64,000 nt of DNA from Pseudomonadota bacterium. GTDB lineage: Archaea; Thermoplasmatota; SW-10-69-26; JACQPN01; JAJPHT01. A program made the translations under genes and the position numbers. The notes below the pieces were generated by a model. It was not told where the DNA came from and did not search any database. It saw only the letters and a program-made list of their open reading frames with translations. The DNA is taken from positions 1 through 64,000 of the forward strand of contig JAJPHT010000051.1 of the NCBI GenBank assembly GCA_021325135.1, given 5' to 3'. Shown here in pieces: positions 18,390 to 27,526 of this stretch. Each line of letters begins with the position of its first letter. Within the stretch, counting starts at the first letter, position 1.

Positions 18390-18686
18390 GCGCGAGGCCT
18401 GAGCCGTCGCGATCGGAACGCCGGGACGACCGAGATGAACTGAGGATGCTCCATGACTGCCAACTCGGGGCTGGCTTCTCCCGCGGCCTCAGTCGGCGCG
18501 GATCCATCGATCACGACGCTTCACCCAAAACGAGAATCATAAACGTTCCCAGAAGAATCCCAAGAAGAGTGGGGTGCTCGACCCACGAACGCCCCTGCTT
18601 TCCCATGGCTCTGCGAAGGGACTACTTTCGTCCCGCCCACCAGAACCTTTGCTTCGTCTAAATGACTATTCCGGGGCAATTCGGAT

Positions 18687-19604
18687 GTGGTGGCCGTGGA
18701 CGCGCGGTCGAGTGTTGCCCAACTTCTCGCGCAAGGGGAGCAGTTGGAGCGGGACGTCGCCGGCTTGATGAAGCCGCGGGACCGGAAGGTGGTGGGGCAG
18801 TTCGGCCGTGCCGCGGCCCGTGAACTGAGCTTGCCACCCCTCGCGCAAACCGTTTCGGGACTCTTTTTTGACGGCAAGCTCAAGGAGCGACAGGCCGAAC
18901 TCGAGGCTCGCTGCAACGCGCTCTACACCCAAGCTCGTTCCGTCTTGGGGCAGGTCTCGGTCTACAAGCCATCGATCAAGATCGGCGGCAACAGCGCTGA
19001 GCTCGTACGTCAACTCGCCAAGGCGAACGATGGCGTCAAGCTCCTAACTCGAATCCGGAACCTGAATCGCGTGCTGCGCCGCCTTTCTGAGGCGGATCTC
19101 GTCTACAACGCCCACATCCCGGCGCGGATCAAGGAGGAGCAAATCCGAACGTGGCACGAGGAACGCGAACGTCGGGCATTGCGCTACGTGGACCTCTCCG
19201 ACTTGCCACCCGGCTTCGTCTCGATCAAGTTCCCCAACCGCGAAGCCCTCCTGAGCCGATTGGGCGGATACCCCGCCGTGCGGGAGATCATGGAGGGCGC
19301 CATCCACGCCGCCTCCGGGGATGCCCCTGATGGCCGCCAACAAGCGCTCGGCTCCTGCCGACGCGCTTTGGAAGCCCTGGGGCGCGAACTGACGGGAAAA
19401 GGCGACTGGCGCGAGATTGTCCTCCGCGTCGCCGACCCCGACGTTGGCGCCTTGCTACGCAAGCTCTACTCACTCCTTAGCGCAAAGGGCGCCCACGGAG
19501 GCAAACGCGCCTCCGAAGCGGATGTCGAACTAGGCATGCAACAGACCTTCGGAGCTCTCTTCTGGATGATCGAACACCGCACCAGCTTGGGGAGCAGAAG
19601 ATAG
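18687..19604 (+). CDS. Hypothetical protein with C-terminal Abi/HEPN-like helical domain
   Basis: ALGSCRRALEAL ... LYSLLSAKGAHG resembles abortive-infection C-terminal/HEPN domains. Confidence 0.5.
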   Translation: MVAVDARSSVAQLLAQGEQLERDVAGLMKPRDRKVVGQFGRAAARELSLPPLAQTVSGLFFDGKLKERQAELEARCNALYTQARSVLGQVSVYKPSIKIGGNSAELVRQLAKANDGVKLLTRIRNLNRVLRRLSEADLVYNAHIPARIKEEQIRTWHEERERRALRYVDLSDLPPGFVSIKFPNREALLSRLGGYPAVREIMEGAIHAASGDAPDGRQQALGSCRRALEALGRELTGKGDWREIVLRVADPDVGALLRKLYSLLSAKGAHGGKRASEADVELGMQQTFGALFWMIEHRTSLGSRR

Positions 19605-19717
19605 GTTCCCAGCACGCGTCGCATGGGATGACCACCATCCAAGCCCCTCAAAATGAGTCAATGACCCGAGCCTGGAACGGCGGTTCCTTCATCAGGGTCT
19701 TGCGGGTTTCGGCGGGC

Positions 19718-20965
19718 ATGTCATCCACAAGTCCTCGGTTGTGGGTCGTGACGATCCGTGCGACGTCCTCGATTCGGCTCAAGGACGATACCATCCTCTA
19801 CGTGCAGGCGGGCCCCGATTCGTCGCTGCCCGTCCGCGGCGTACGCTTGCGGAACTGGCGTAGCGAGGGTCAGGATGGAGCGATGGGACTCTTGGCCCAG
19901 GCCGCGGGCGAGTATGCCAGTGCCGAGGCCGCCGTCGCCACGCTGGCCAATCTGGCCTCGCCCTACCTTCAATTGGCGGCCATCGCGGCCAACGCGACGA
20001 TCAGCGAACCATTCGAGGTGATGGCCTCCGCCCCACCTCGAATGCCGACTGACACAGGCACCTTCGTCGTGGAGCGCCCCATCCAGCCCCAGTGGTCGCC
20101 GTGGGTAAGGCGGGAGCTTGACGCGAACGCCCTCAAGGAGTTCAGCCAAGCCGTCGAAGCCCACCCCCGCAAGGACCGGCTCCACCGAGCGATGGCCCAC
20201 TACAGCCTCGCCCTGGACAAGCTCGATCCAGGGAACTGGATCATGGCCGCGGAGCACCTCTACATGGCCGTGGAAAACCTCGGCCGCGTCGTCCACCAAC
20301 GCCTGCTCCAAGCCGGCGGGCTACCCGACACGGGCGAAAGCAAACACAAGCTCGCCATCGCCCACGGCTTCCAACCCGCGAACGAGAAGGACCGCTCCCA
20401 CCTCAATCGGTATGACGCCTGGGTCCGTGAAACTCACGTCTTTGGTGGCGACCGCGACTGCTACAAGAAGCTCCTCGACGCCAGCGACAAGCTCGAACAC
20501 GGCCTCTCCGGTTTCGATGAAATCCGCGGCCACGCCGACCAGGCCACCCTGAAAGCCTACGGCTACGTACGGCGCGCCATCCTCCGCGAGGCTGGCGTCC
20601 CCAAATCCTCGGAACTCTTCGCCAAGCGCCTGGACCTCCCCCTGGGACCGCTGCGGCCGATCATGGTTCTCGAAGGCACGTACACCGACACCTCGACGAC
20701 GCCCGAGCCCAACCCAGACCCTATCCAGGAGCCTTGGCCCATCTTCGATGGGCTCCAGCTCGCCGTGGAGATCGACCAAGTGACAGACGGTAAGGAGGAT
20801 GCGCGCCACGTCCAGCTCAAAGTGAACGGAGACGGCAGCCCCTTGAGCCCGGCGCAGACCGTCCACAGCCTCAAGCACACGCTCCTCTACCAGCATCCTG
20901 AAAAGGGAACGGTCACGATCCCAGTGTCGCCCACCGAAATCACCGTCCATGAACGTGCGCCGTGA
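19718..20965 (+). CDS. Hypothetical protein with ApeA/MauJ-like HEPN-type region (start uncertain, 19628-19718)
   Basis: RAMAHYSLAL...HLYMAVENL...ASDKLEHG fits the HEPN layout, but with a degenerate Rx4-6H. Confidence 0.5.
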   Translation: MSSTSPRLWVVTIRATSSIRLKDDTILYVQAGPDSSLPVRGVRLRNWRSEGQDGAMGLLAQAAGEYASAEAAVATLANLASPYLQLAAIAANATISEPFEVMASAPPRMPTDTGTFVVERPIQPQWSPWVRRELDANALKEFSQAVEAHPRKDRLHRAMAHYSLALDKLDPGNWIMAAEHLYMAVENLGRVVHQRLLQAGGLPDTGESKHKLAIAHGFQPANEKDRSHLNRYDAWVRETHVFGGDRDCYKKLLDASDKLEHGLSGFDEIRGHADQATLKAYGYVRRAILREAGVPKSSELFAKRLDLPLGPLRPIMVLEGTYTDTSTTPEPNPDPIQEPWPIFDGLQLAVEIDQVTDGKEDARHVQLKVNGDGSPLSPAQTVHSLKHTLLYQHPEKGTVTIPVSPTEITVHERAP

Positions 20966-20982
20966 AGCGTTCCAGCCGCGGG

Positions 20983-21792
20983 TTATCTCGGCTTGGGGCT
21001 TTCTGTGGGGTCGAGCTGCATTGTGGAGACGCTGAGGAAGCGGCCCTGGGGCGGCGTCCAGACGGCGCGGACCCACTCCGGAACATCCGCGTGGCGGCCC
21101 GCAAGGCTCGCGCGCGCTTGTCGGCCGGCAGCGTAGGCGACGAAGTCGGCCACTTCGACGCCAGGCTCGGCGAGCTTGCTGGGCGAGAAGAACTTCTCGG
21201 TCGGGATGGGGTGCAGCCCAGTATCGTTCTGGATGGCGAAGTGATAGGTTCCAAAGACGCGGCTGTATCTGGCGCGCAGCCGGTCGGTGGCCTCGAAGAT
21301 CATGAACGCGCGGGCGTACGATGTCGTGGGAATCGCCTCGGCGATCTTTGGCATGAGCGCCAGCGCGAAGGAGGCCATGAGCTCGTCGTTCCCGCGCAAG
21401 TCGCTTGAGGCCTCGACAAGCTGCTGGCCTGGATGCGTTGTGGCGTGGGTGAAGCCGCGGCCAACGCGGTTGAAATCACTGTGCAGGAAGAAGTCACGGA
21501 TCGGGTCGAGGAGATCGCGTGGGGCGCCGTTGAGGTCCTTGGCGTGCAGGTGCGTGTCAGCCCTGCCGAAGTGTTCCTCCTTCATGCGGCGCCACGGCCC
21601 ACGGATGAGAGCGAGGTAGTTGGCCACGGTGGTGACGACCGCGCCCATGCAGAAAACGGGCGATCCATCGCCAGAGGCCGTGGGAACCTCGTGGCCGCTC
21701 TCGTCGAGGAAGACCACGACATCAGAAGGGTCTGGTTGGACGGATTCCTGCCCGATGTTCAGGGTCCAAGTCCAACCTCCCGAAGCAGGCAC
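20983..21792 (-). CDS. DUF3800-family (RNase H-like fold) protein
   Basis: VFLDESG, F.MGAVV, LHAKDL and GVEVADFVAY motifs. GTG start lies ~29 nt from TATATA. Confidence 0.75.
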   Translation of the reverse strand: MPASGGWTWTLNIGQESVQPDPSDVVVFLDESGHEVPTASGDGSPVFCMGAVVTTVANYLALIRGPWRRMKEEHFGRADTHLHAKDLNGAPRDLLDPIRDFFLHSDFNRVGRGFTHATTHPGQQLVEASSDLRGNDELMASFALALMPKIAEAIPTTSYARAFMIFEATDRLRARYSRVFGTYHFAIQNDTGLHPIPTEKFFSPSKLAEPGVEVADFVAYAAGRQARASLAGRHADVPEWVRAVWTPPQGRFLSVSTMQLDPTESPKPR

Positions 21793-21815
21793 ACGACGCG
21801 ACAGAATCGCCGGGC

Positions 21816-21821
21816 TATATA
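21816..21821. promoter_or_regulatory. TATA box (TATATA) between divergent DUF3800 and DUF4917 genes
   Basis: Palindromic AT-rich hexamer in a 78-bp divergent spacer. Confidence 0.55.
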
Positions 21822-21870
21822 TGGCCTCGTTAGTGCGGGATCGTGGCGAGTCCTGAGGGGGCCTGAATCT

Positions 21871-23013
21871 GTGGCGGTCCACGTCCTCGACTACCTCAAA
21901 GAAGTCCTGCCCACAGGGCCCAAGGCCCCGTGGCCCACGGAAGGGGGACGCATTCTCCTCTTGGGGAACGGCTTCAGCATCGACCGCGACTCGGCGTTCC
22001 ACTACGACTCACTCTGGAACGTTGCCAGCGCAGCCGGCGCCCTTTCTCCCCGCGCGAAGGACTTGGCGGCCAAGCTGGGCACGACGAACTTCGAGACGGT
22101 CCTCGCCGCGCTCGAAACCCAACGCGGCCGCGACAAAGACATCGACGAGGACATCCAAGGCGTCCGGCTGGCTCTCATCACCGCGCTCAAGAAAATCCAC
22201 CTGGAACCCCATGTCGCTTTCAGTGAGCACGAGATCGCCTCGTGCGCCTTCTTCCTGGGCCAATTCAAGGAAGTCTTCACCACCAACTACGATCTCCTCC
22301 TCTACTGGATCTCCAACAAGAAGCACAAGCTCCTGGGCACCGGCGAGGAAGGCGCCTTGATCCAGTTGTTCAAGGACGGCTTCTGCCTCGAGGGGCAAGT
22401 CCCTGACGCTCTCGCCTTCGCACGCAGCGTCATGCTCCACCCCAAGGAGGGCACGCCCCAGCGCGGCTTCCACTTCCTGCATGGCGCCCTGCATCTGCTC
22501 CAGCAGGACGGTGTGGCGTGGAAGCGTCGCGTCCGCACCGCCGAATTGATGGGCCACAAGTTCAAGCTCGACTACCTGCGCCGCGACATCGTCGCGGCCA
22601 TCGAGAGGGGTCACCTGCCCCTCTTCGTCTCGGAGGGCGACAGCCAACGCAAGCTGGGACGCATCCGCGCCAACAATTACCTCCGCTTCTGCTACGACCG
22701 GCTCCAAAAAGGCGTCACTGGTGATCTTGTGACGTTCGGCTTCTCCTTCTCCGCGCAGGACGATCACATCCTCGAAGCCATCGCCAGAAACGCAGCCATC
22801 CGGCGCATCTTCGTGGGCGCCCGTCTCTACGAAGCTCAACCCAAGGAGGACCTGGTCAAACGCGTCGAACACCTGCGCGCCCGGCGCGAGGCCATCGCGA
22901 CCACGGCGCTGCTCCCGTACGAGCCGCTCGATGTCCTTTACTATGACGCGAGCACCGCATGCCCGTGGAACTCGCCTCTGGGGAAGGGCGATCACCCGCA
23001 TTGGAAGAAGTAG
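21871..23013 (+). CDS. DUF4917-family SIR2-like protein
   Basis: LLLGNGFS, FTTNYDLLLYW, FLHGALHL, PLFVSEG..K, YLRFCY and FGFSF..DDHI motifs. Confidence 0.85.
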   Translation: MAVHVLDYLKEVLPTGPKAPWPTEGGRILLLGNGFSIDRDSAFHYDSLWNVASAAGALSPRAKDLAAKLGTTNFETVLAALETQRGRDKDIDEDIQGVRLALITALKKIHLEPHVAFSEHEIASCAFFLGQFKEVFTTNYDLLLYWISNKKHKLLGTGEEGALIQLFKDGFCLEGQVPDALAFARSVMLHPKEGTPQRGFHFLHGALHLLQQDGVAWKRRVRTAELMGHKFKLDYLRRDIVAAIERGHLPLFVSEGDSQRKLGRIRANNYLRFCYDRLQKGVTGDLVTFGFSFSAQDDHILEAIARNAAIRRIFVGARLYEAQPKEDLVKRVEHLRARREAIATTALLPYEPLDVLYYDASTACPWNSPLGKGDHPHWKK

Positions 23014-23117
23014 TCGCTCGCGGGAATCATACGTTTCCTTCCGCAGGATGGGCCTCCGGTTGCACGGTGCCCATCAAGCCCTTCTCCGCGACGCATCGAA
23101 GGTGGGACCGACTGCGT

Positions 23118-23324
23118 TCACGGGCTCGCAAGTTCGTGCTTTGCCCGCCGGGGGTCATGGATGGCACGCACGACGTCCATCAGGCGCAGCCACTTGCCGC
23201 AAGAGGGGCAGGCCGTGCCGCCAGCGCGGGTCACGCTAATGAGGTGAACGCCGTGCGAGGCGGCGCAGATGGGGCAAACGAAAGGCACGAGCACGATGGC
23301 CTTGGACTCCGGAATACGACCCAC
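23118..23324 (-). CDS. Zn-ribbon microprotein
   Basis: CPIC...CPSCG. Confidence 0.6.
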   Translation of the reverse strand: MGRIPESKAIVLVPFVCPICAASHGVHLISVTRAGGTACPSCGKWLRLMDVVRAIHDPRRAKHELASP

Positions 23325-23563
23325 CCCCGTGGGGGCCTAACAAGCAAGAACTTGGTCATAAACGCTCTTGCGCCCATGCCGCCCAGGGCAGGCCAGCCCG
23401 CCAGTCCCTCTCTCAGGATGGCTCGTAGAAACCGTACCTAATCCGGCTGGCCGAACGCCTGGCGCAACGCGACCCATATGAACCCGACGCGGGTTTCATG
23501 CGAACTTCTAAGGCCCGGCTCGCCCACGGTTGCTCCGAGGGCACCCCGCGCGCCCTCCAGTCC

Positions 23564-23576
23564 CTGAACAAAGCCA
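23564..23576 (+). promoter_or_regulatory. Element-specific motif variant CTGAACAAAGCCA
   Basis: 31 nt before ATG 23595 (18-aa ORF). A more degenerate copy, CTGCCCAAAGCCC at 23745, is 29 nt before ATG 23774. Confidence 0.45.
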
Positions 23577-23773
23577 TGCATCCAAGGGACTCCCATGCAA
23601 ACCGACAACCACGCCAAGTCTGCCTCCAGCACGCTGGAGGCGATGATCTGAACTTCTGGCCCCTCGCGTGGGCCAGCCTCCTGCTGGCTCTCACCCTCAA
23701 GTTCCGGCTCGTGCAACGCCTCACCGCGTCGATCCGCCGAGCACCTGCCCAAAGCCCTGCACCCACGTCACCC

Positions 23774-24148
23774 ATGGATCCTATTCCTGAGCCCCTGCCG
23801 CACGCCAATGACCTAATCATCGTCCCCCTCCGCACAGCTTCCCCCTCGCTCCTGGAGCGCATGGAAGCCGCCGGCGAAGTCGCCCTCGCCGATCACAAAG
23901 CCCGCATGGCCCGCCTTGACGCGCTCTGTCTCGCCGTCGCGGACGCCCACGAAGAACGCGACGCGATCCTCCGCCTCGTCCCCGAAACGCAAGAGTGCCC
24001 CGCGTGGCCGCCTGCAGAGGCCCTCGCCGATATGTTCCGCGAGACTCCCGCTGTGGAGCTCCTACGTCGCCTCCCCATGGACCTCGACCTCCGCCCCGAC
24101 GACCATCGCCCCCTGAGCGCGTGGCAGGAGAGAGCCACATGGAACTAG
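23774..24148 (+). CDS. Hypothetical protein
   Basis: Protein-like from MDPIPEPL onward; precedes the ParB gene. Confidence 0.6.
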   Translation: MDPIPEPLPHANDLIIVPLRTASPSLLERMEAAGEVALADHKARMARLDALCLAVADAHEERDAILRLVPETQECPAWPPAEALADMFRETPAVELLRRLPMDLDLRPDDHRPLSAWQERATWN

Positions 24149-24173
24149 CCAACCCACCCCCGCGCGAGGTCCC

Positions 24174-25322
24174 ATGACGAGCCCCGCCGCCCCACGGGAC
24201 ATCGGGCCCGTCCAATACCTCTCCCCAAGCGTCCTCTTCGTCAGCCCCTTCAACGTGCGCTACGGCTTCCCCGTCGAACTCACTGACGAGGACGTCGCCG
24301 AGGTTCGCGCCCACGGCATCCGAACACCCCTGACCACGCGACCCTCCAAGAAAAAGCCTGGACACTACGAAGTCGTCTGCGGGGCCCGCCGCCTCGCTGC
24401 GGCGCAGGCCGCGGGGCTTGAGCGCGTGCCTTGCTCCATCAACGCGACGATGACCGACGAGGAGGCCCTTATCGAGTCGCACAACGAGAACGACAAACGC
24501 AAGGACCCGGACGCCATCCAAACCGCCCTCATCTACAAGAAAATGCTCGCCCAAACCAACGAGCGCGGGGAACGCATCTTCCCCACAAGCGCCGCCCTGG
24601 CCGCACGCCTCCACAAGGCCGAACCCACCATCGCCGACTACATGACAATCCTGACCCTGGCCCCCGAAACCCAGAAGCTCGTCAGCTCGCGCACCATCGG
24701 GTTCAAGGCCGCAGTCCGCCTCGCCTACGGCTTCAAGGAGCGCCCCGAGGACCAAGCGAAGCTCGCCGGCCTCGTCCAGGGCCTGCCCATCGAGGAGCAG
24801 ATCCGGATCGTGGACGCCGTGCGATCTGAACCCTCCCTTCTCAACCTCTCCTCCCACGAGTTCCGAACCTACATCGAAGGAATCCTCAGCGAGTTCACGC
24901 CCGAGGAGCGACGCCTCCTCGCCGTGCTCTACAAGAAGTGCGGCCTCGACTCGTCCGGCATCAAGTGGAGCAAGATGACACGCAAGCAGTACGAGCTTGA
25001 AGTCGTCAGCAAGCAACGCTTCCTGGAGGGCCGTCGAGGCGGCGCCCTTCTCGATCCCCACGTCGCCAGGAACTCAAGGAAGCTTGAGAGGGTCGAGGTC
25101 AAGCTCGCGGATCTTCCGCCAGCGAAACAACTCGACGAACTCGACGCCCAACTCGCCCAACTACTTGAAGAGATGTACGACATCACGCTGACCGTCGTCA
25201 TACAGAATCGGACGATCAGCGTTCCCCTGGCCATGCTCCGCCTCCAGGAAAGCCATTACGAGATGCTCAAGGCCCTCTTGGCAAGCCACATCCTCACTGA
25301 GACCGACGCTACGAGCACATAG
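24174..25322 (+). CDS. ParB/RepB/Spo0J-family protein
   Basis: YEVVCGARRLAA (GxxRxxA), SHNENDKRKD, then an HTH-like SAALAARLHKAEPTIADY. Confidence 0.85.
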   Translation: MTSPAAPRDIGPVQYLSPSVLFVSPFNVRYGFPVELTDEDVAEVRAHGIRTPLTTRPSKKKPGHYEVVCGARRLAAAQAAGLERVPCSINATMTDEEALIESHNENDKRKDPDAIQTALIYKKMLAQTNERGERIFPTSAALAARLHKAEPTIADYMTILTLAPETQKLVSSRTIGFKAAVRLAYGFKERPEDQAKLAGLVQGLPIEEQIRIVDAVRSEPSLLNLSSHEFRTYIEGILSEFTPEERRLLAVLYKKCGLDSSGIKWSKMTRKQYELEVVSKQRFLEGRRGGALLDPHVARNSRKLERVEVKLADLPPAKQLDELDAQLAQLLEEMYDITLTVVIQNRTISVPLAMLRLQESHYEMLKALLASHILTETDATST

Positions 25323-25361
25323 CGGGACTCGCGCTTCTCCCCGAGATGCACCCGTGACCCT

Positions 25362-25913
25362 TCACCGCGGGACCGAGGTGGCTGGCGAGACGGAGGCAAG
25401 GTAGGGACTCGCACGTTCCAGAAGGACTTCCTTAGTCAAGGGGACCACGATCTCGCGGTGCTTCTTGCCCTCCTTGGCGATCCCCTCGCGGACGCGGTGG
25501 ATGACGTCGGACGCGACGAGGGCATTGCCAGCCACCCACGCGAGGCGGAGGCCGACAGGGCGCGCGCCCTTGCGCTCCTCCAGGATGAAAACCGGCTCCC
25601 CGTGGAGGACGCAATCCGCCAGCGCGACAGCGGCGGCGAAGTCGTCCGCCGCGTCGTAGGCATCCATCACCATGGACAACGGCCCCGCAACCGTCTCGTT
25701 GACCACGACCTCGCGGCCTGCGTACCGGACCCTCGTACGGAGGTTCACGATGCCGGGGGCGTCCTCGGTCGCGCGCCCCTCTCGCAGGAGGAACTTGCCC
25801 AAGGTCTCCAAGGCGAGGGAGGCTGCCGGATCATCCAGGATGAAGGGCCGCTGGCCGAAGCTGTTCACGAAGGCGCGACGGGGCAATCGGGGATAAAGGT
25901 CTGTCTCCACCAA
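25362..25913 (-). CDS. Hypothetical protein
   Basis: 183-aa ORF with protein-like composition. Confidence 0.65.
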   Translation of the reverse strand: MVETDLYPRLPRRAFVNSFGQRPFILDDPAASLALETLGKFLLREGRATEDAPGIVNLRTRVRYAGREVVVNETVAGPLSMVMDAYDAADDFAAAVALADCVLHGEPVFILEERKGARPVGLRLAWVAGNALVASDVIHRVREGIAKEGKKHREIVVPLTKEVLLERASPYLASVSPATSVPR

Positions 25914-26209
25914 GCTTGAGCCCCATGTGGGCAGGTCTGGCCGCGTTCCGCTTCAGGGAAGCCATCATCGAGGCGACGGCAACCCGGGGTCGTGGCTTCC
26001 GACGCCTCGCGCCTTTTTGGTTGCCCGTCACGGCCCTTGCCGGCTGCAGGTCGCGCGCCGCCCCGCCCAGCCGGGCGTCCCGGCGTCCCGCGGGGACGCG
26101 CGTCGGGATTGCGGAGTTCGGAATCGGCTGAGTCGGGTGGTAGTGACGGCCTGGTGAGCGTCCGGTTCACCGGGCTATGCAGGGCTACCCAAGCCGTGGA
26201 TTTCCACAG

Positions 26210-26255
26210 AAAAAAGGAGTCGTGAACCGACCCGCAAGGGTTTTCTACGGGTCGG
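26210..26255 (-). terminator. Hairpin plus T-run downstream of the small host gene
   Basis: CCGACCCG (26227-26234) pairs with CGGGTCGG (26248-26255); T6 on the minus strand at 26210-26215. Confidence 0.5.
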
Positions 26256-26296
26256 GCAATTCGCTCTTAAGCGCGGGATGGGCTAGCTACTTCGCT

Positions 26297-26503
26297 TCAC
26301 TTCTTCCCCAGCACGAACATGCCAGTCTCGGTCTGCATGAGCTGGCGGTCCTTGGGGATCTCGGTGAGCTTCTTCCAGCCCTTCTTGGTGTCGTTGCGGG
26401 AGCCGACGTACATCATGTAGGGGCGCTCCTCGTTCTGGAAGATGGCCTTGTCGGCGGGGAGGCTGGTGAACACCTTGTTGTTCTTGGCGCTGGTCTTGGC
26501 CAT
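26297..26503 (-). CDS. 68-aa Lys-rich small protein
   Basis: MAKTSAKNNKVFTSLPADKAIF...GMFVLGKK with strongly GC3-biased codons. Confidence 0.75.
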   Translation of the reverse strand: MAKTSAKNNKVFTSLPADKAIFQNEERPYMMYVGSRNDTKKGWKKLTEIPKDRQLMQTETGMFVLGKK

Positions 26504-26683
26504 GGGACGGTCACTCTCTCCCCCGAGGGGGAACGGAGGCGTAAGCCGGCGCTCCAGGCTTAAGCCCAGCCGGTCCAACCCGGCGGGCCTTCCCTTGTTT
26601 CGGGTGGAAGGCCCCTTCCTGGCCGCGGCGTTTCGGGGGGTTTTTCCCTGGCTGGCGGCGTTGGGGGCGGGCAGGTCGTCCCG

Positions 26684-27520
26684 ATGACTCGACGCCGGAG
26701 CCTCTTCACCCTCGTCCTTCTTGCGGTCCTCGTCCTGGCGGGCTGCGCGACGAACAACACGGGCGGGACGCCCTCCACGTCCACCCCGTCCGGCTCGACG
26801 CCGGCCGCCAGCACGCCCGCGGGCACGACGCCCACCTCGCCGACGCTCACCATCAGGAGCATCAAGGTGGGCACCGAGGCGGACTACCCGCCCTTCGAGG
26901 ACACGACGCCGGATGGCAAGATCGTGGGCTTCGACATCGACCTCATGACGGAGATCGGAAACCGGACGGGCATCAACGTGAGCTATCAGAACGCGCAGTT
27001 CACGGCCATCATCCCCTCCATCCAGAGCGGGCAGTTCGACGCGGGCATCAGCGCGTTCACCATCACCGACGAGCGCAAGCAGCAGGTGGACTTCTCGGTG
27101 TCGTACTACGACAACTCGCTCATGGTGGGCGTGCGCTCCGGCAGCGCGGACATCAACAAGCCCGAGGACCTCCAGGCGCACAAGGTCTGCACGCAGACCG
27201 GCACGACGTCCTACGACTACCTGGTGGCGCACGGGCAGAAGAACGAGTCGATGCTGCTGGAGGACCACTTCCCCGACTGCGTGCCGGCGCTGGAGCGCGG
27301 CGACGTGGACGCGATGATGATCGACCGCGCCGTTGTGCGCACGCTCATCACGAGCTCCAACGGGCAGCTCAAGAAGGCCTTCGAGGTCCCCACGGAGGAG
27401 CAGTTCGGCATCGCCATCGCGAAGGGCAAGCCCGAGCTGCTGACCGCCATCAACGGCGCGCTGGTGTCCATGAAGCAGGACGGGACGCTCCAGACCCTCG
27501 CCGACAAGTGGCAGGTGTAG
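26684..27520 (+). CDS. Polar amino acid ABC transporter substrate-binding lipoprotein
   Basis: Lipobox LAGC; GTEADYPPFE, GFDIDL, TITDERKQQVDFS. Confidence 0.95.
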   Translation: MTRRRSLFTLVLLAVLVLAGCATNNTGGTPSTSTPSGSTPAASTPAGTTPTSPTLTIRSIKVGTEADYPPFEDTTPDGKIVGFDIDLMTEIGNRTGINVSYQNAQFTAIIPSIQSGQFDAGISAFTITDERKQQVDFSVSYYDNSLMVGVRSGSADINKPEDLQAHKVCTQTGTTSYDYLVAHGQKNESMLLEDHFPDCVPALERGDVDAMMIDRAVVRTLITSSNGQLKKAFEVPTEEQFGIAIAKGKPELLTAINGALVSMKQDGTLQTLADKWQV

Positions 27521-27526
27521 GCGCCC

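Larger units (their letters stand above)
1..26200. mobile_element. Accessory virus/plasmid-like integrated region (left end outside window; right boundary approximate)
   Basis: Gene content typical of phages and plasmids: GP88-like, TGT-like, orphan MTase, ParB, many Zn fingers, pRiA4b ORF3-like, defence-like genes. Codon usage is visibly less GC3-biased than right of ~26,300, and there is a private promoter-like motif. No integrase, capsid or att site seen in the window. Confidence 0.65.

Noticed and set aside
19634-19646. ACCATCCAAGCCC 27 nt before ATG 19661 as another motif copy
   Set aside because: It lacks the conserved TGRAC half and could be chance.
25920-26290. tRNA/att site at the element boundary
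   Set aside because: No GTTCRA T-loop with acceptor stem and no direct repeat found in the window.
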